DNA of 64,000 bases. It comes from Bacteroidota bacterium (GTDB lineage Bacteria; Bacteroidota; Ignavibacteria; UBA10030). A program made the translations under genes and the position numbers. Below the pieces are notes generated by a model. The model was not told the DNA's origin. It made no database searches and worked only from the letters and a program-made list of their open reading frames with translations. Where the stretch lies: the NCBI GenBank assembly GCA_050013655.1, contig JBEKEV010000004.1:88407-152406 (forward strand), in the 5' to 3' direction. Below are positions 1 through 10,459 of this stretch, piece by piece (the stretch's first letter is position 1; the number at the start of each line of letters is the position of its first letter).

Positions 1-721
1 TCTGGAAATTGCCATCACACAATCGCGCTTGCAAGGTCGCGAGATCAAGTTCATCTATCCAAGTTCTATTGCAGTGTACGGCCTTCCCGATCTAGAGACA
101 AAGCGGAAAGCGGGCAAAGTAAAAGAAGATCAGTGGCTGGTACCTCGAACTATGTATGGCATTAATAAATTATACAACGAACAGCTTGGGAGGTATTATG
201 CTAATTATTATCGTCAACTAGATGCCGAGCCGCCAAAAGGACAAATTGATTTCCGTGGTGTACGATTTCCCGGTCTGATCAGCGCAGTAACTCTGCCGAC
301 CGGCGGAACCAGCGACTTCGCTCCCGAAATGCTGCACATGGCTGCAAGAAACAAACATTATGAATGTTTCGTGCATGAAGATACACGTATTCCGTTTATG
401 GCAATGCCAGATGCAATTACCGCTCTGCTGAGACTTCAAGCTGCTCCGCATGAAAAACTAACAAAGACCGTATATAATGTCGGTGCGTTCAATCCTTCGG
501 CTTTGGAAGTGTTTCAGATCCTTCAAAAAGCTTTCCCCGATACCAGCGTCAAGTTTGCATCGGATTACCGGCGGCAAGCAATCATTGATAGCTGGCCTGC
601 GGACGTGGATGATACGGCGGCGCGGCGCGACTGGGATTGGAAGCCAGAATATTCCTTGGATCGGGCTTTTTCCGAATATCTGATTCCTGCTATACGGAGA
701 CGATATCCATCAAAAGCATGA
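1..721 (+). CDS. C-terminal part of an NAD-dependent epimerase/dehydratase-family protein (L-threonine 3-dehydrogenase-like); the 5' end lies outside the window
   Basis: Open frame continues to position 1 (the track starts at an internal Met at 29). Sequence shows extended-SDR/epimerase-like C-terminal conservation (YGxxK region, substrate-binding domain). Confidence 0.5.
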   Translation, partial: LEIAITQSRLQGREIKFIYPSSIAVYGLPDLETKRKAGKVKEDQWLVPRTMYGINKLYNEQLGRYYANYYRQLDAEPPKGQIDFRGVRFPGLISAVTLPTGGTSDFAPEMLHMAARNKHYECFVHEDTRIPFMAMPDAITALLRLQAAPHEKLTKTVYNVGAFNPSALEVFQILQKAFPDTSVKFASDYRRQAIIDSWPADVDDTAARRDWDWKPEYSLDRAFSEYLIPAIRRRYPSKA

Positions 722-885
722 GATAAGCTTCAAAAAACGATCATCTGAACACCGATCTTTCACCACTGGTGTTTTTTTAAGTTCCTATCTGGATTTTTAA
801 ACAATTGTTGATTTAATTAGATACAGTGGTATTCTTTAAGACCGACGAAATCAATTCTCTATAATTTTGAAAGGATAGAAAAACA

Positions 886-2043
886 ATGCGTTTAGGTATT
901 TTAACAGGCGGGGGCGACGTTCCCGGGTTGAATGCATGTATGAAAGCAGCATCAATGCGGATTCTTGATGAAGGATATGAAATGCTCGGAATAAGACGCG
1001 GCTGGGGTGGATTACTGAATTACAATCCGGAAGATCCACAGACACACCAAGATCTCATCCTTCCGCTGACAAAAGCAATAGTACGCACCATCGATCGTAC
1101 CGGCGGAACATTCCTGCATACATCACGCACGAATCCCGGTAAAGTGCGCCCAAAAGATATGCCAGCGTTCTTGAAAGGTAAGTTTGAGCACAAAGATGGC
1201 ACAGAACCAGCCGATTGCACTGCACACGCACTTCGCGTTATTGAGCATCTCAAATTGGATGGACTCATTGCCATTGGCGGCGATGATACACTCAGCTATG
1301 CTGTACGCTTACATAAAGAAGGCGTACCGATGGTTTGCATCCCAAAGACAATGGATAACGACGTGTATGGAACCGATTACTGTATCGGTTTTTCTACAGC
1401 AGTCACACGCAGCGTGGAGTTCATTAACTCTATGCGTACACCAACCGGTTCACACGAACGCATCGCGGTTGTTGAATTGTTCGGACGCTATTCCGGAGAA
1501 ACCTCGCTCATCTCAGCATATCTCGCCGGTGTCGATCGGGCTATTATTTCTGAAGTGGAATTCGATATTGATAAACTTGTCAAGTTTCTTGTTGAAGATC
1601 GCAAAGCTAACTCCAGCAACTATGCAATCATGACCGTCTCCGAGGGTGCGAAACCTCTCGGCGGCGAAATGTCTCTCAAAGGCGAAGCGGATGCATATGG
1701 ACATCAGAAACTCGGCGGCATCGGCCATTTTATTGGCGGTGAAATTGAAAAACGTTCGGGTATCGGTGTGATGGTCCAGCAATTGGGATATCTCATGCGT
1801 GGCGGTGCACCCGATGCGCTCGACCGCATGGTCGCTACAACGTATGGCTATCTTGCCGCTGATTTGTTGATACAGAGAAAATCCGGCCGAATGGTTGCAT
1901 TGCGCGATGGTAAGTATACAACCATTTCTGCCAGTATGATTACCGAAGGCAAGAAGTGCGTCGATGTTGATGAGTTATACGATATTTCAAAATATCGGCC
2001 AAAAGTTGCACACCTGCTTGGCAAGCCGATGTTCTTGTACTAA
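886..2043 (+). CDS. pfp: 6-phosphofructokinase, probably pyrophosphate-dependent (PPi-PFK)
   Basis: N-terminal [19 protein letters not shown] and PKTMDNDV motifs. Asp in GGDD and Lys in PKTxDND occupy the positions that distinguish PPi-PFK (D104/K124) from ATP-PFK (G/G). Confidence 0.8.
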   Translation: MRLGILTGGGDVPGLNACMKAASMRILDEGYEMLGIRRGWGGLLNYNPEDPQTHQDLILPLTKAIVRTIDRTGGTFLHTSRTNPGKVRPKDMPAFLKGKFEHKDGTEPADCTAHALRVIEHLKLDGLIAIGGDDTLSYAVRLHKEGVPMVCIPKTMDNDVYGTDYCIGFSTAVTRSVEFINSMRTPTGSHERIAVVELFGRYSGETSLISAYLAGVDRAIISEVEFDIDKLVKFLVEDRKANSSNYAIMTVSEGAKPLGGEMSLKGEADAYGHQKLGGIGHFIGGEIEKRSGIGVMVQQLGYLMRGGAPDALDRMVATTYGYLAADLLIQRKSGRMVALRDGKYTTISASMITEGKKCVDVDELYDISKYRPKVAHLLGKPMFLY

Positions 2044-2067
2044 GTCATTGAAGAAGTAACTACAAAA

Positions 2068-2098
2068 ACCCCCTCCAATGCGAGGGGATTTTTATTTG
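2068..2098 (+). terminator. Rho-independent terminator after pfp
   Basis: aaaaaCCCCCTCcaatgcGAGGGGatttttattt: a GC-rich 6-7 bp stem followed by a T-run. Confidence 0.7.
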
Positions 2099-2114
2099 AA
2101 GGAAAAGAATCATT

Positions 2115-2738
2115 GTGCAAGATGAAAAATATTTAGAAGAACATGTATTGGTTTTTCCGACTCAGTTACTCGAACAAATTGGGGCATTCCAGGGACTTTC
2201 GTTTGAGTTGGATAAATACTTGGACATTATACTCAACCCAAAGAATCACACATTCCTCAAGAGAAAAGATGCGGAATCCAATCCTGCCTACAAGCAGTTG
2301 ATCCCTTATGCTCTTCTTCATTGTGGAGGCGATGTATTTGTCTATCGCCGCGGAAAACTTCTGGCAGAGAAAAGACTTCTTGGCAACTTTTCCTTAGGCG
2401 TGGGCGGACATATTTCTGTAACTGATCCCGGTTTGTTCGGTACAACATATGAAGATGGCTTGAAGCGGGAAATAAATGAAGAGGTCAATATTGAATCTCG
2501 GTACACACAGAGGATTGTCGCCTTGCTGAACGACGACTCCAACGATGTCGGAAAGGTTCACTTCGGCATTGTTCATGTTCTTGCACTGGAAAAACCGTTA
2601 GTCAAACCGAGAGAAAAATCGATTAATGAAACGAGATTCCTCAGCATGAGCGAACTCCAAAAAGATATTGACAAATTTGAAAACTGGTCAAAGATCTGCA
2701 TTCAACATATTCATCGATTAATCGTCTCTCATCAGTAG
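2115..2738 (+). CDS. Putative NUDIX-family hydrolase
   Basis: The track's start looks non-ATG. A REINEEVNIE segment resembles the Nudix box REUxEExGU, and the surrounding residues follow a Nudix-fold pattern; the upstream G-x5-E spacing is non-canonical. Confidence 0.4.
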   Translation: MQDEKYLEEHVLVFPTQLLEQIGAFQGLSFELDKYLDIILNPKNHTFLKRKDAESNPAYKQLIPYALLHCGGDVFVYRRGKLLAEKRLLGNFSLGVGGHISVTDPGLFGTTYEDGLKREINEEVNIESRYTQRIVALLNDDSNDVGKVHFGIVHVLALEKPLVKPREKSINETRFLSMSELQKDIDKFENWSKICIQHIHRLIVSHQ

Positions 2739-2742
2739 AGCC

Positions 2743-3888
2743 TTACGCGAATAATAAGTTCTCGACATACCGCGCAATTGCCGGCGAGGATGTTAATCCC
2801 GGCGATTCGATTCCAATCAGATTGACAAATCCGGACAAGCCGCGATCTTTCTCGTGAACGATAACAAAGTCGCGCGGGGGTTGTCCTTTCCTTTGAAGCT
2901 TTGGACGAATACCGCTCATATCCGGCGTGATATCTTCATCAGTGATGCTTGGTAAAATTCGGCGAATCGATTCTGCAAACGCATGCCGCTTGTTCTCTGC
3001 CACGCTATAGTCGGGCGTGCGGTCCTCAAGATATTCTAAATCAGGACCAAACTTCAACCTTCCGCCCAAATCCATGAGCGCATGTATGCCAAGTTCTTCG
3101 TTGGCCGGCATGGGATACACCAACCGCGATATAAGCTTTGCTTTGGATTGTGTGATTGAAAAGTACGAACCTTTTGCATAACTCAACCGCAAATCTTCTT
3201 TATCGATATCGATGCCGATCATCTGTGCGATGAGATCAGAACCAAGTCCAGCCGCATTGATGACGATCTCGGTTGTAACGCTTGATCTGCTTCCTGCTTC
3301 ATCGTAAACAATTTCATATCCACTCATAATCTGCCGAATGCCGGTAACTTGACACCGATGCTGAACTGTCCCGCCATTTGTTTGCGTCGTATGGAAAAAG
3401 TAATCCATCAGATCATGAGCGCTGATAATGCCGGTGAGCGGTGAGAACAGCGCGCCTTCCGTTCGAATGTTCGGTTCCAGTTTCAGCGCCGCTGTTTTAT
3501 CCAGAACCTGTAATTTCACTCCATTCTTTGCTGCGTTCTGCTGAATACTGTCGAGCTTTGTCAATTCCGTTAAAGTCGTCGCGGTGATCAGTTTTGTCAA
3601 CGGTTTATAAGCGATATCGTGTGCTTTGCAGAGAGCGTACAATTCATCCCTTCCTTCAACACATAAACGCGCCTTCAACGAGCCAGGTTCATAGTATATG
3701 CCTGCGTGTATCACCTCACTGTTGCGGCTCGATGTTTCCATTCCATACTTTTCATTTTTTTCTAGAAGAACAAGATTTGGATGTTGTTCAGAAAGACGCG
3801 CCGCAATTGCAAGTCCAACCACACCTGCACCAATTATTGCAATTTCAAAATCTGCCATAGAAATATCTTCCCCGTTACAATAGGACAA
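2743..3888 (-). CDS. lhgO: FAD-dependent oxidoreductase, L-2-hydroxyglutarate oxidase/dehydrogenase-like
   Basis: IAIIGAGVVGLAIA dinucleotide-binding motif. LLEK...SSRNSEVIHAGIYYEPGSLKARLC aligns well with E. coli LhgO as recalled. The true start is probably the Met at MADFEIAII. Confidence 0.65.
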   Translation of the reverse strand: MSYCNGEDISMADFEIAIIGAGVVGLAIAARLSEQHPNLVLLEKNEKYGMETSSRNSEVIHAGIYYEPGSLKARLCVEGRDELYALCKAHDIAYKPLTKLITATTLTELTKLDSIQQNAAKNGVKLQVLDKTAALKLEPNIRTEGALFSPLTGIISAHDLMDYFFHTTQTNGGTVQHRCQVTGIRQIMSGYEIVYDEAGSRSSVTTEIVINAAGLGSDLIAQMIGIDIDKEDLRLSYAKGSYFSITQSKAKLISRLVYPMPANEELGIHALMDLGGRLKFGPDLEYLEDRTPDYSVAENKRHAFAESIRRILPSITDEDITPDMSGIRPKLQRKGQPPRDFVIVHEKDRGLSGFVNLIGIESPGLTSSPAIARYVENLLFA

Positions 3889-3980
3889 TGTAACAGAAAA
3901 TTATGAAAATACTAAATCGTTTTTCAAAGGACACCTACAATCTTGATTGACTCCTTTTTGCTTCGTATGTTAAAGATACT

Positions 3981-4463
3981 ATGGAACCAACGAACGAAAT
4001 TCCTTTGCTGCTTCATCTTATCGATGAAGCCTACACGAAACAGGCATGGCATGGAACCAACCTGCATGGATCTATTAACGGCTTGACCGCACAACAAGCG
4101 GCATGGCGTCCCGCGCCAACTCGGCACAATATTTGGGAGATTGTTGTGCATGCGGCATATTGGAAGTACATCGTCCGCAGACGGCTGCTTGGAGAAAAGA
4201 AAGGTTCTTTTCCTTTGAAAGGGAGCAATTGGATCAAACGCCCTCTCGAGATGACTGAGAAAGCCTGGCGTGAAGATATCCACCTGCTGGATGAAATGCA
4301 TCGGTCGATGTGCGAAGCAATTGTTTTACTTAAACCATCAAATCTCAACCGAAAACCTGCCGGCAGTAAGGTCTCCAATGCATTTATCATTTCAGGAATT
4401 GCCTGCCACGATGTTTATCATACCGGACAAATACAATTGCTTAAACGATTGATGAAGCAATGA
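3981..4463 (+). CDS. DinB/YfiT-like family protein
   Basis: Size around 160 aa, and the His-containing four-helix pattern (HLIDEAY...WHG...HAAYW...HTGQI) is typical of the DinB_2 superfamily. Confidence 0.5.
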   Translation: MEPTNEIPLLLHLIDEAYTKQAWHGTNLHGSINGLTAQQAAWRPAPTRHNIWEIVVHAAYWKYIVRRRLLGEKKGSFPLKGSNWIKRPLEMTEKAWREDIHLLDEMHRSMCEAIVLLKPSNLNRKPAGSKVSNAFIISGIACHDVYHTGQIQLLKRLMKQ

Positions 4464-5680
4464 GTGACAATCCATCTTTTCGAAAACCAATCTGGCAAAA
4501 AACTTTTGCGGCGCTGAAACATAGGAATTACCGTCTCTGGTTCTGGGGGCAAATGGTATCGTTATTCGGCACGTGGATGCAAACAACTGCCCAGGGGTTT
4601 CTTATTTATCAAGTGACACATTCTTCGGCATATCTTGGGTATGTGGGATTTGCTTACGGCGTTCCTTCGTGGTTTCTTATGCTCTACGGTGGAGTTGTTG
4701 CAGATCGCGTTTCAAGGCGCAAGCTCCTCATCATTACACAATCCGTCATGATGATCCTCGCATTTGTTCTCGCAGCACTTGTATTCACCGACACTGTTCA
4801 AGCGTGGCATATTCTTTTGTTGGCATTCGGCCTGGGATCTGCCAACGCTTTTGATGCGCCGGCACGTCAAGCATTTGTCTCAGAAATGGTGGATCGTGAA
4901 GATTTAACAAACGCCGTTGCGCTCAATGCAACAATGTTTAACACCGCTCTTATCGTTGGTCCGGCAATTGCCGGCGTAATTTATGCCGCTTTCGGACCGG
5001 GGTGGTGTTTTGCTGTCAACGGAATATCATTCATTGCTGTCATCATCGCGCTGGCATCGATGCATTTTCTGCCGGGCACAGAAACTTCACAACATAGTTC
5101 AACACTCTCTGCATTAAAGGAAGGGATTAATTATGTACGTCATCAACCGATCATTCGTGCGCTCATTGGATTGGTTGCAACAACAAGTTTATTCGGCATG
5201 TCCTTAGGAACATTACTCCCGGCATGGTCGGTGAAAATACTCCACGGGAACGCAGCGACAAACGGCCTTCTCTTTTCTGCTCGCGGTGTCGGTTCTCTTT
5301 TTGGAGCATTGACTATAGCTACCTTCGGGAGATCTCATGTCCGTGGTAAATTTATTACGTTCGGCTCCCTCTGCTTCCCCATTTTTATTACTTTCTTTGC
5401 AATAACATATTGGCTGCCGCTCTCGCTGCTCTTCATGGTCTTTGTCGGCACAGCTATGATATTTGTAGTTAATTTTTCTAATGCCACCATACAATCGATT
5501 GTACCCGACTCATTGAGAGGACGTGTTATGGGTGTGTACACCACGATCTTCATGGGATCGATGCCGCTTGGTGCACTTTTGCTCGGAACTATCGCAGAAC
5601 ATGCCGGTGAAGCAGAAGCGGCTCTTTTTATTGCATGCCTCATATGGTTTTTGATACCCAAGGTACGAACGATAGAATAG
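4460..5680 (+). CDS. MFS transporter
   Basis: About 12 predicted TM segments with MFS-type GxxxDRxGRR-like loops (VVADRVSRRKLL); 406 aa. Confidence 0.8.
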   Translation: MSDNPSFRKPIWQKTFAALKHRNYRLWFWGQMVSLFGTWMQTTAQGFLIYQVTHSSAYLGYVGFAYGVPSWFLMLYGGVVADRVSRRKLLIITQSVMMILAFVLAALVFTDTVQAWHILLLAFGLGSANAFDAPARQAFVSEMVDREDLTNAVALNATMFNTALIVGPAIAGVIYAAFGPGWCFAVNGISFIAVIIALASMHFLPGTETSQHSSTLSALKEGINYVRHQPIIRALIGLVATTSLFGMSLGTLLPAWSVKILHGNAATNGLLFSARGVGSLFGALTIATFGRSHVRGKFITFGSLCFPIFITFFAITYWLPLSLLFMVFVGTAMIFVVNFSNATIQSIVPDSLRGRVMGVYTTIFMGSMPLGALLLGTIAEHAGEAEAALFIACLIWFLIPKVRTIE

Positions 5681-5689
5681 ATAAGTACA

Positions 5690-5730
5690 AAAAAGGGTGA
5701 AGCATTTATTCCCTTCTGCTTCACCCTTTG
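5690..5730. terminator. Bidirectional intrinsic terminator between the convergent MFS and dctM genes
   Basis: aaaaaGGGTGAAGCAtttattcccttcTGCTTCACCCtttg: an 11 bp stem flanked by an A-run and a T-run. Confidence 0.75.
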
Positions 5731-5755
5731 CAAACCCATTATATATTATTCTTTT

Positions 5756-7033
5756 CTACTGGGTGCCCAATGCGTTCACGAGCCACAAGCTTAACTCGGG
5801 AATGTATGTAATAACCATCAGTGCAATAAATTCAAATAAGACAAACATGATTACTGCCCTTGAAATTTGGAAAATCGATTTCTCGAACCGAAGACTGGAA
5901 AGAAACAAATTGAGTCCCATTGGCGGCATGAGATATCCAAGTTCAAGATTTGTTAGGAAGATAATACCGAGATGCACCGGATCAATATTAAAATGTGCCG
6001 CGATAGGTAAAATGATCGGAACAGAAACAATCGCCGAAAATATTTCCATCATCATACCAATGACGATGAGAAACGCATTTAAAATCAGAAGAAACATGAT
6101 TTTACTGGACACATATGTTTGGACGAATTCAAATAATCTCTGCGGAACCTGTTGATCGATAAGAAAATTCATTAATCCTAGCGCACAGCCTAAGATCATT
6201 AATATAGCACCGACGAGGAGCATGCTTCGTTTCATCACACGCGGGATATCACGGAAAATATGAAGATCACGATAGATGAATACTTCGACTACAAATGCAT
6301 AAAACGCTGTAATTGCAGCTGCTTCCGTTGCAGTGAAGAAACCACCATAAATTCCACCGATCACGACAAAGGGTAATGGTATTTCCCAAATCGCTGCCCG
6401 TAATGAGGACCAGACATTTTTCCAAAGGAAGGGAATTTTAGGAACTTTGTATTTTACGCTCACTCGGAAACTATATACACATAAGAACAAAATGAGAATA
6501 ATTCCAGGAATAAGTCCGGCAACGAAAAGCTTATTGATGCTCACACCTGCAACAAATGCAAAAAGAATTATAGGAAGGCTCGGCGGGAAAAGTAATCCAA
6601 TGCTTCCTGACGCCGTTACCAGTCCAAGAGAAAATTTCTCCGGGTATTTTTGTTTTATGAGAATCGGATAAAGAAGCCCGCCCAATGCAACAATTGTTAC
6701 ACCGGACGCTCCAGTAAATGCGGTAAAGATTGCACAGGAAAACAGTGCTACAATCGCTAACCCTGCAGGCATCCACCCGAACAATGCTTCTGCAAGATTA
6801 ACCAATCGTTTTGGAGATTTACTTTCCGCAAGCAAATAGCCTGCAAAGGTAAACAATGGCACGGCGATGAGTGTCGGTTGATCAGCAATTTTACTGTAAA
6901 AATCGATGATGAGGGCAGACGTATCGATATCAGCAGAGCTGAAAGCATATAATCCCACCGCTCCAATGATCGTAAACAACGGTGCGCCAAAGAACGCGAT
7001 AAGCAGCAATCCTAAAATCAACCAGATGCTCAT
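5756..7033 (-). CDS. dctM: TRAP transporter large permease subunit (DctM)
   Basis: 425 aa polytopic membrane protein with DctM-like composition. It is translationally coupled to the downstream DctQ and DctP genes. Confidence 0.8.
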   Translation of the reverse strand: MSIWLILGLLLIAFFGAPLFTIIGAVGLYAFSSADIDTSALIIDFYSKIADQPTLIAVPLFTFAGYLLAESKSPKRLVNLAEALFGWMPAGLAIVALFSCAIFTAFTGASGVTIVALGGLLYPILIKQKYPEKFSLGLVTASGSIGLLFPPSLPIILFAFVAGVSINKLFVAGLIPGIILILFLCVYSFRVSVKYKVPKIPFLWKNVWSSLRAAIWEIPLPFVVIGGIYGGFFTATEAAAITAFYAFVVEVFIYRDLHIFRDIPRVMKRSMLLVGAILMILGCALGLMNFLIDQQVPQRLFEFVQTYVSSKIMFLLILNAFLIVIGMMMEIFSAIVSVPIILPIAAHFNIDPVHLGIIFLTNLELGYLMPPMGLNLFLSSLRFEKSIFQISRAVIMFVLFEFIALMVITYIPELSLWLVNALGTQ

Positions 7034-7524
7034 TCACCACCGCCTTTCGTGAGAGCATGTCCCCGGATTATTGCCCGGATGGCAAAATGCACTACGAGCA
7101 ATCCAAAGCCGACTGGAATAATAATCTGGGCATACCACACGGGGATATTCTGATACATCATTTGTCCTGCCGCTTTTTCGGATTCAACGAAAACCCGGGC
7201 AGCATTCATCAGAAAGTAACAGACAATCGCGGCGAAGAGGTCTGTAATAACATCAACAGCAGAGCGAATACGAGGAGGAAGGAATCGCCGAAGGGCATCG
7301 ATATTAATATGCCTTTTTTCACTGGTGGCAATTGCAGCACCAAGAAATCCAATCCAGAGGACAAGGTGTCGTAATAAAACATCTGCACCATTGATACCCG
7401 TATGGAATACATTTCGCAGCATGACCTGGCTGAACGCAACTAGCACCATGATAGAAAGCATCAGAATGAGCAAGGCGCCTTCAGCTTTGTTGAGGGCAAG
7501 GTCAAGTGATTTAAGTAGTTTCAT
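7030..7524 (-). CDS. dctQ: TRAP transporter small permease subunit (DctQ)
   Basis: 164 aa, four TM segments, and a 4-nt overlap with both dctM and dctP. Confidence 0.75.
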   Translation of the reverse strand: MKLLKSLDLALNKAEGALLILMLSIMVLVAFSQVMLRNVFHTGINGADVLLRHLVLWIGFLGAAIATSEKRHINIDALRRFLPPRIRSAVDVITDLFAAIVCYFLMNAARVFVESEKAAGQMMYQNIPVWYAQIIIPVGFGLLVVHFAIRAIIRGHALTKGGGE

Positions 7525-8540
7525 TTGGATTTTCGGCTCTTTCTATAATCGGCAACTTCATTTTCTACACGCTTTAAAAATCCTTCATCATACAGTTTGC
7601 CTAGAAGCATTCTTCGCGCGCGCGTGCCTGTTTCAATATATTCTTTTGTTGCTTTTGCATCTGCCTTAGTAAAAATGATGCCGCGCTTTTTTAATTCAAT
7701 CAACGCATTCTGGTTGTCCTTACGTCCCAGCTCAGAAAGTTTATCCATGTAGATTTTTCCATTACGAAGAAGAATTTCCTTAAGATCAGTAGGCAGGTTG
7801 TCGAAAAACTTTTTTGAGATAACGACAGCACCGGTTGAACACGTGAGCGGGAAATCGACCATATATTTCGCTTGTGTATACCATTGTAACGAAATTCCAG
7901 CATACGGTGTTGTATAGAACGCATTAATCAATCCCGTTTGTAGAGAAGTATAGACGTTGTCGATGGAAAGTGGAATAGGCGTAAGACCGATAGCTGCAAA
8001 TGCTGCCTCTGCAACGGGATCTCCTTCCCATACCCACATTTTCAGTTGCTTAATATCGGAAGGCTGTATGATTGGACTCTTGCTGAACACATATACAAAT
8101 CCAATTTCAACTAAACCAAGTAATTCGTATCCGTTTGCTTCAAAAGCTCCGCGAATTTCTCCATCAAATTTTTTATACAGGTTATCGGCTTCATCGTCCG
8201 TTTGAATGAGAAAAGGTGCATCGAATAAACGAATCTTCGGCGCTATCTCGCCAAGTCCGACACCTGTAAATCCGGCTGCGTGCAATTGGCCGACAGAAAT
8301 TTTTCGCACCACTGTTTTTTCATCTCCCTGCACCATGCCAGGATACATTTTGAATCCAAGTCGTCCGCTGCTTTCCTTCCGGATTGTATTATCATACTCA
8401 TGCATCACATTCATCCATGTGGTGCCCTCCGGTGAGATAGAAGCGAATTTGATGGTATATTGCTGACTCAAAGCAGTTGAGAGTACTACAGCAACGAGGA
8501 GTTGAGTAAAAAAAATGATTTTCATAAATTGTTTTGTCAT
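7521..8540 (-). CDS. dctP: TRAP transporter substrate-binding protein (DctP family)
   Basis: DctP-like periplasmic binding-protein sequence. The likely start is the MTKQFMKIIFF signal peptide, about 37 codons inside the track ORF, which removes the overlap with the upstream gene. Confidence 0.75.
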   Translation of the reverse strand: MTKQFMKIIFFTQLLVAVVLSTALSQQYTIKFASISPEGTTWMNVMHEYDNTIRKESSGRLGFKMYPGMVQGDEKTVVRKISVGQLHAAGFTGVGLGEIAPKIRLFDAPFLIQTDDEADNLYKKFDGEIRGAFEANGYELLGLVEIGFVYVFSKSPIIQPSDIKQLKMWVWEGDPVAEAAFAAIGLTPIPLSIDNVYTSLQTGLINAFYTTPYAGISLQWYTQAKYMVDFPLTCSTGAVVISKKFFDNLPTDLKEILLRNGKIYMDKLSELGRKDNQNALIELKKRGIIFTKADAKATKEYIETGTRARRMLLGKLYDEGFLKRVENEVADYRKSRKSK

Positions 8541-8553
8541 TTCTATGGTCCTT

Positions 8554-9411
8554 TTAGAATAATTCGTTTGATTGCGCCAGCAGTTTCCGCGCTTTCTTTT
8601 TTGCAATAACATTGACAACCCGTGCCTCGGGTAAAATATCAAGCGAAGCATCTTCGATCTGCTTCAGTAATGATTCGAATAACTGCTGGTCCTGTGTTGC
8701 TACGGCATACGTCTTTGCATAGTAAAATTGCGCCATCAAGAATTTACCACCGTTGACTGCAAAGCATTTTTTAAAAAGTTCCTTCGATTTATCTGGATTA
8801 CCTCCAAGTGTTCGCGGTGTACTGGCTTCGATAGCAGCAAGAAACATATACGCACCGCCATAGTAGAAAGATGAATCTTTGTCTGCTACAAATTCCATTA
8901 AGGCGCTTACTTTGCTTAGATCTGCAAGTCCTGCCACATCAGTGCGTGTAATATTAATATAACTGCCCCAGCTTAACGCTGTCCAAAAAATGGCAGGCAC
9001 ATCTTCCTTGCCAAACGTTTTCACGGCATCACGGAATTGAGTGATTTCACCATCGAAGGCATCTTTAAATTCCTTGTTTTTAATCAGAATGCGCATGCCA
9101 TAATCCTTGGCACGCAGATAGAATACGCGTGCGCGCTCTACGCTGTCATCTTCGCAAAACGCTAATGCGTACGCGTTGTATCCCTGCGCCGCAAAGATAA
9201 GAAATTGCTCATTCTCTGGGTCGCTCTTGATCAATCCCTCGATCAGCTTGAGGTTGCTACCAAGCGCTTCGTGCACCAGTTGCAAGTCGGATTCTTCGTT
9301 GAATGCCGCCATTCCGTTATCGAGAATACCGCCCATCGAGCGTAAAGCGATGGTCTGGATACAACCTTCAAAAAGGAACACCACCACGGTCAGTAAAAGT
9401 ATTCGTTTCAT
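8554..9411 (-). CDS. tatT: TRAP-associated TPR protein (TatT family)
   Basis: Signal peptide plus an all-helical TPR-like protein sitting directly upstream of dctPQM, matching the TatT/TPAT architecture. Confidence 0.6.
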   Translation of the reverse strand: MKRILLLTVVVFLFEGCIQTIALRSMGGILDNGMAAFNEESDLQLVHEALGSNLKLIEGLIKSDPENEQFLIFAAQGYNAYALAFCEDDSVERARVFYLRAKDYGMRILIKNKEFKDAFDGEITQFRDAVKTFGKEDVPAIFWTALSWGSYINITRTDVAGLADLSKVSALMEFVADKDSSFYYGGAYMFLAAIEASTPRTLGGNPDKSKELFKKCFAVNGGKFLMAQFYYAKTYAVATQDQQLFESLLKQIEDASLDILPEARVVNVIAKKKARKLLAQSNELF

Positions 9412-9641
9412 TTTTTTATCCTTGAATAACTTGACAACTTTCCGAAGCTTCTCATTCCGATTTTATCATGAGGAGTATGTAAGGTTTCTTAGATGATGCC
9501 CAAAAAATATAGGAAAAAATGTGTGGGATTCAAAGATAACTGTATGAAGAGTTTTTCATATAATGCGACCACCGTATTCAGAAAACAGTTTAAAGACGAA
9601 TGATTGTTTTCCATTAATTGCCACAAAATACTTTCTTTTTA

Positions 9642-9662
9642 CTTCTGTCTTCTATCTTCTGT
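9642..9662 (+). promoter_or_regulatory. Three tandem heptamers (CTTCTGT CTTCTAT CTTCTGT) about 85 nt upstream of the response-regulator gene
   Basis: A direct repeat visible in the divergent tatT/RR intergenic region. OmpR-family regulators bind direct repeats. Confidence 0.3.
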
Positions 9663-9745
9663 TTTCAGGATTTGACACTTTTCCGATAAACGAGTAACTT
9701 CCCCAAGTATGATATCGTGACGACTACATCATAAGAAAGATAATT

Positions 9746-10459
9746 ATGCGCATCCTCGTGATTGAGGACGAACAGAAGGTTGCCCGTTTTCTCAAGAAGG
9801 GTTTAGAAGCAGAGGGTTATGAAGTTGAAACCGCCGCCGATGGAAAGATCGGCGAGAAGTGTGCTCGAACAGAAGTGTACGATCTCATCCTGCTCGATGT
9901 CTTGCTTCCCAAGAAAAATGGTTTTGAAATCCTGCGCGATTTGCGGAAAGACGAAATTCGAACCCCGATCTTGATGCTGACAGCTCGCAGTGCAACGGAA
10001 GATATCGTAGGCGGGCTTGATCAGGGCGCGGATGATTACCTAACGAAACCATTTGCTTTTAACGTATTGTTAGCACGTATTCGCTCATTGATGCGCCGAG
10101 GTACGGTCAGGACAAAACTCAAATATGCCGATCTTATTTTGGACACCGTTGCACATACAGCCAGCCGTTCCGGTACTCCCATTGAGCTGACTGCACGCGA
10201 GTATACTCTCATCGAATATTTTTTACGTCACCGCGGTAAACTCATTTCACGCCAGGAGCTTTCAAGGGATATTTGGGGATACAATTTTGATCCGGGTACA
10301 AACGTCGTAGATGTGTATGTCAATCACCTGCGGAAAAAAATCGATGCCGACTTCTCAGTGAAGCTTCTTCAGACCGACCGTGGTAAAGGGTACTATCTTT
10401 CTGACAAGAAGTTGTCATTCAAACCCGCCAAAGGAACGTCGGCGGGCAAGTCCGCATGA
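9746..10459 (+). CDS. OmpR-family response regulator with winged-helix output domain
   Basis: MRILVIEDEQKVARFLKKGLEAEGYEV receiver domain (the heavy-metal CusR/CopR-like subgroup) and a C-terminal trans_reg_C domain. Confidence 0.85.
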   Translation: MRILVIEDEQKVARFLKKGLEAEGYEVETAADGKIGEKCARTEVYDLILLDVLLPKKNGFEILRDLRKDEIRTPILMLTARSATEDIVGGLDQGADDYLTKPFAFNVLLARIRSLMRRGTVRTKLKYADLILDTVAHTASRSGTPIELTAREYTLIEYFLRHRGKLISRQELSRDIWGYNFDPGTNVVDVYVNHLRKKIDADFSVKLLQTDRGKGYYLSDKKLSFKPAKGTSAGKSA

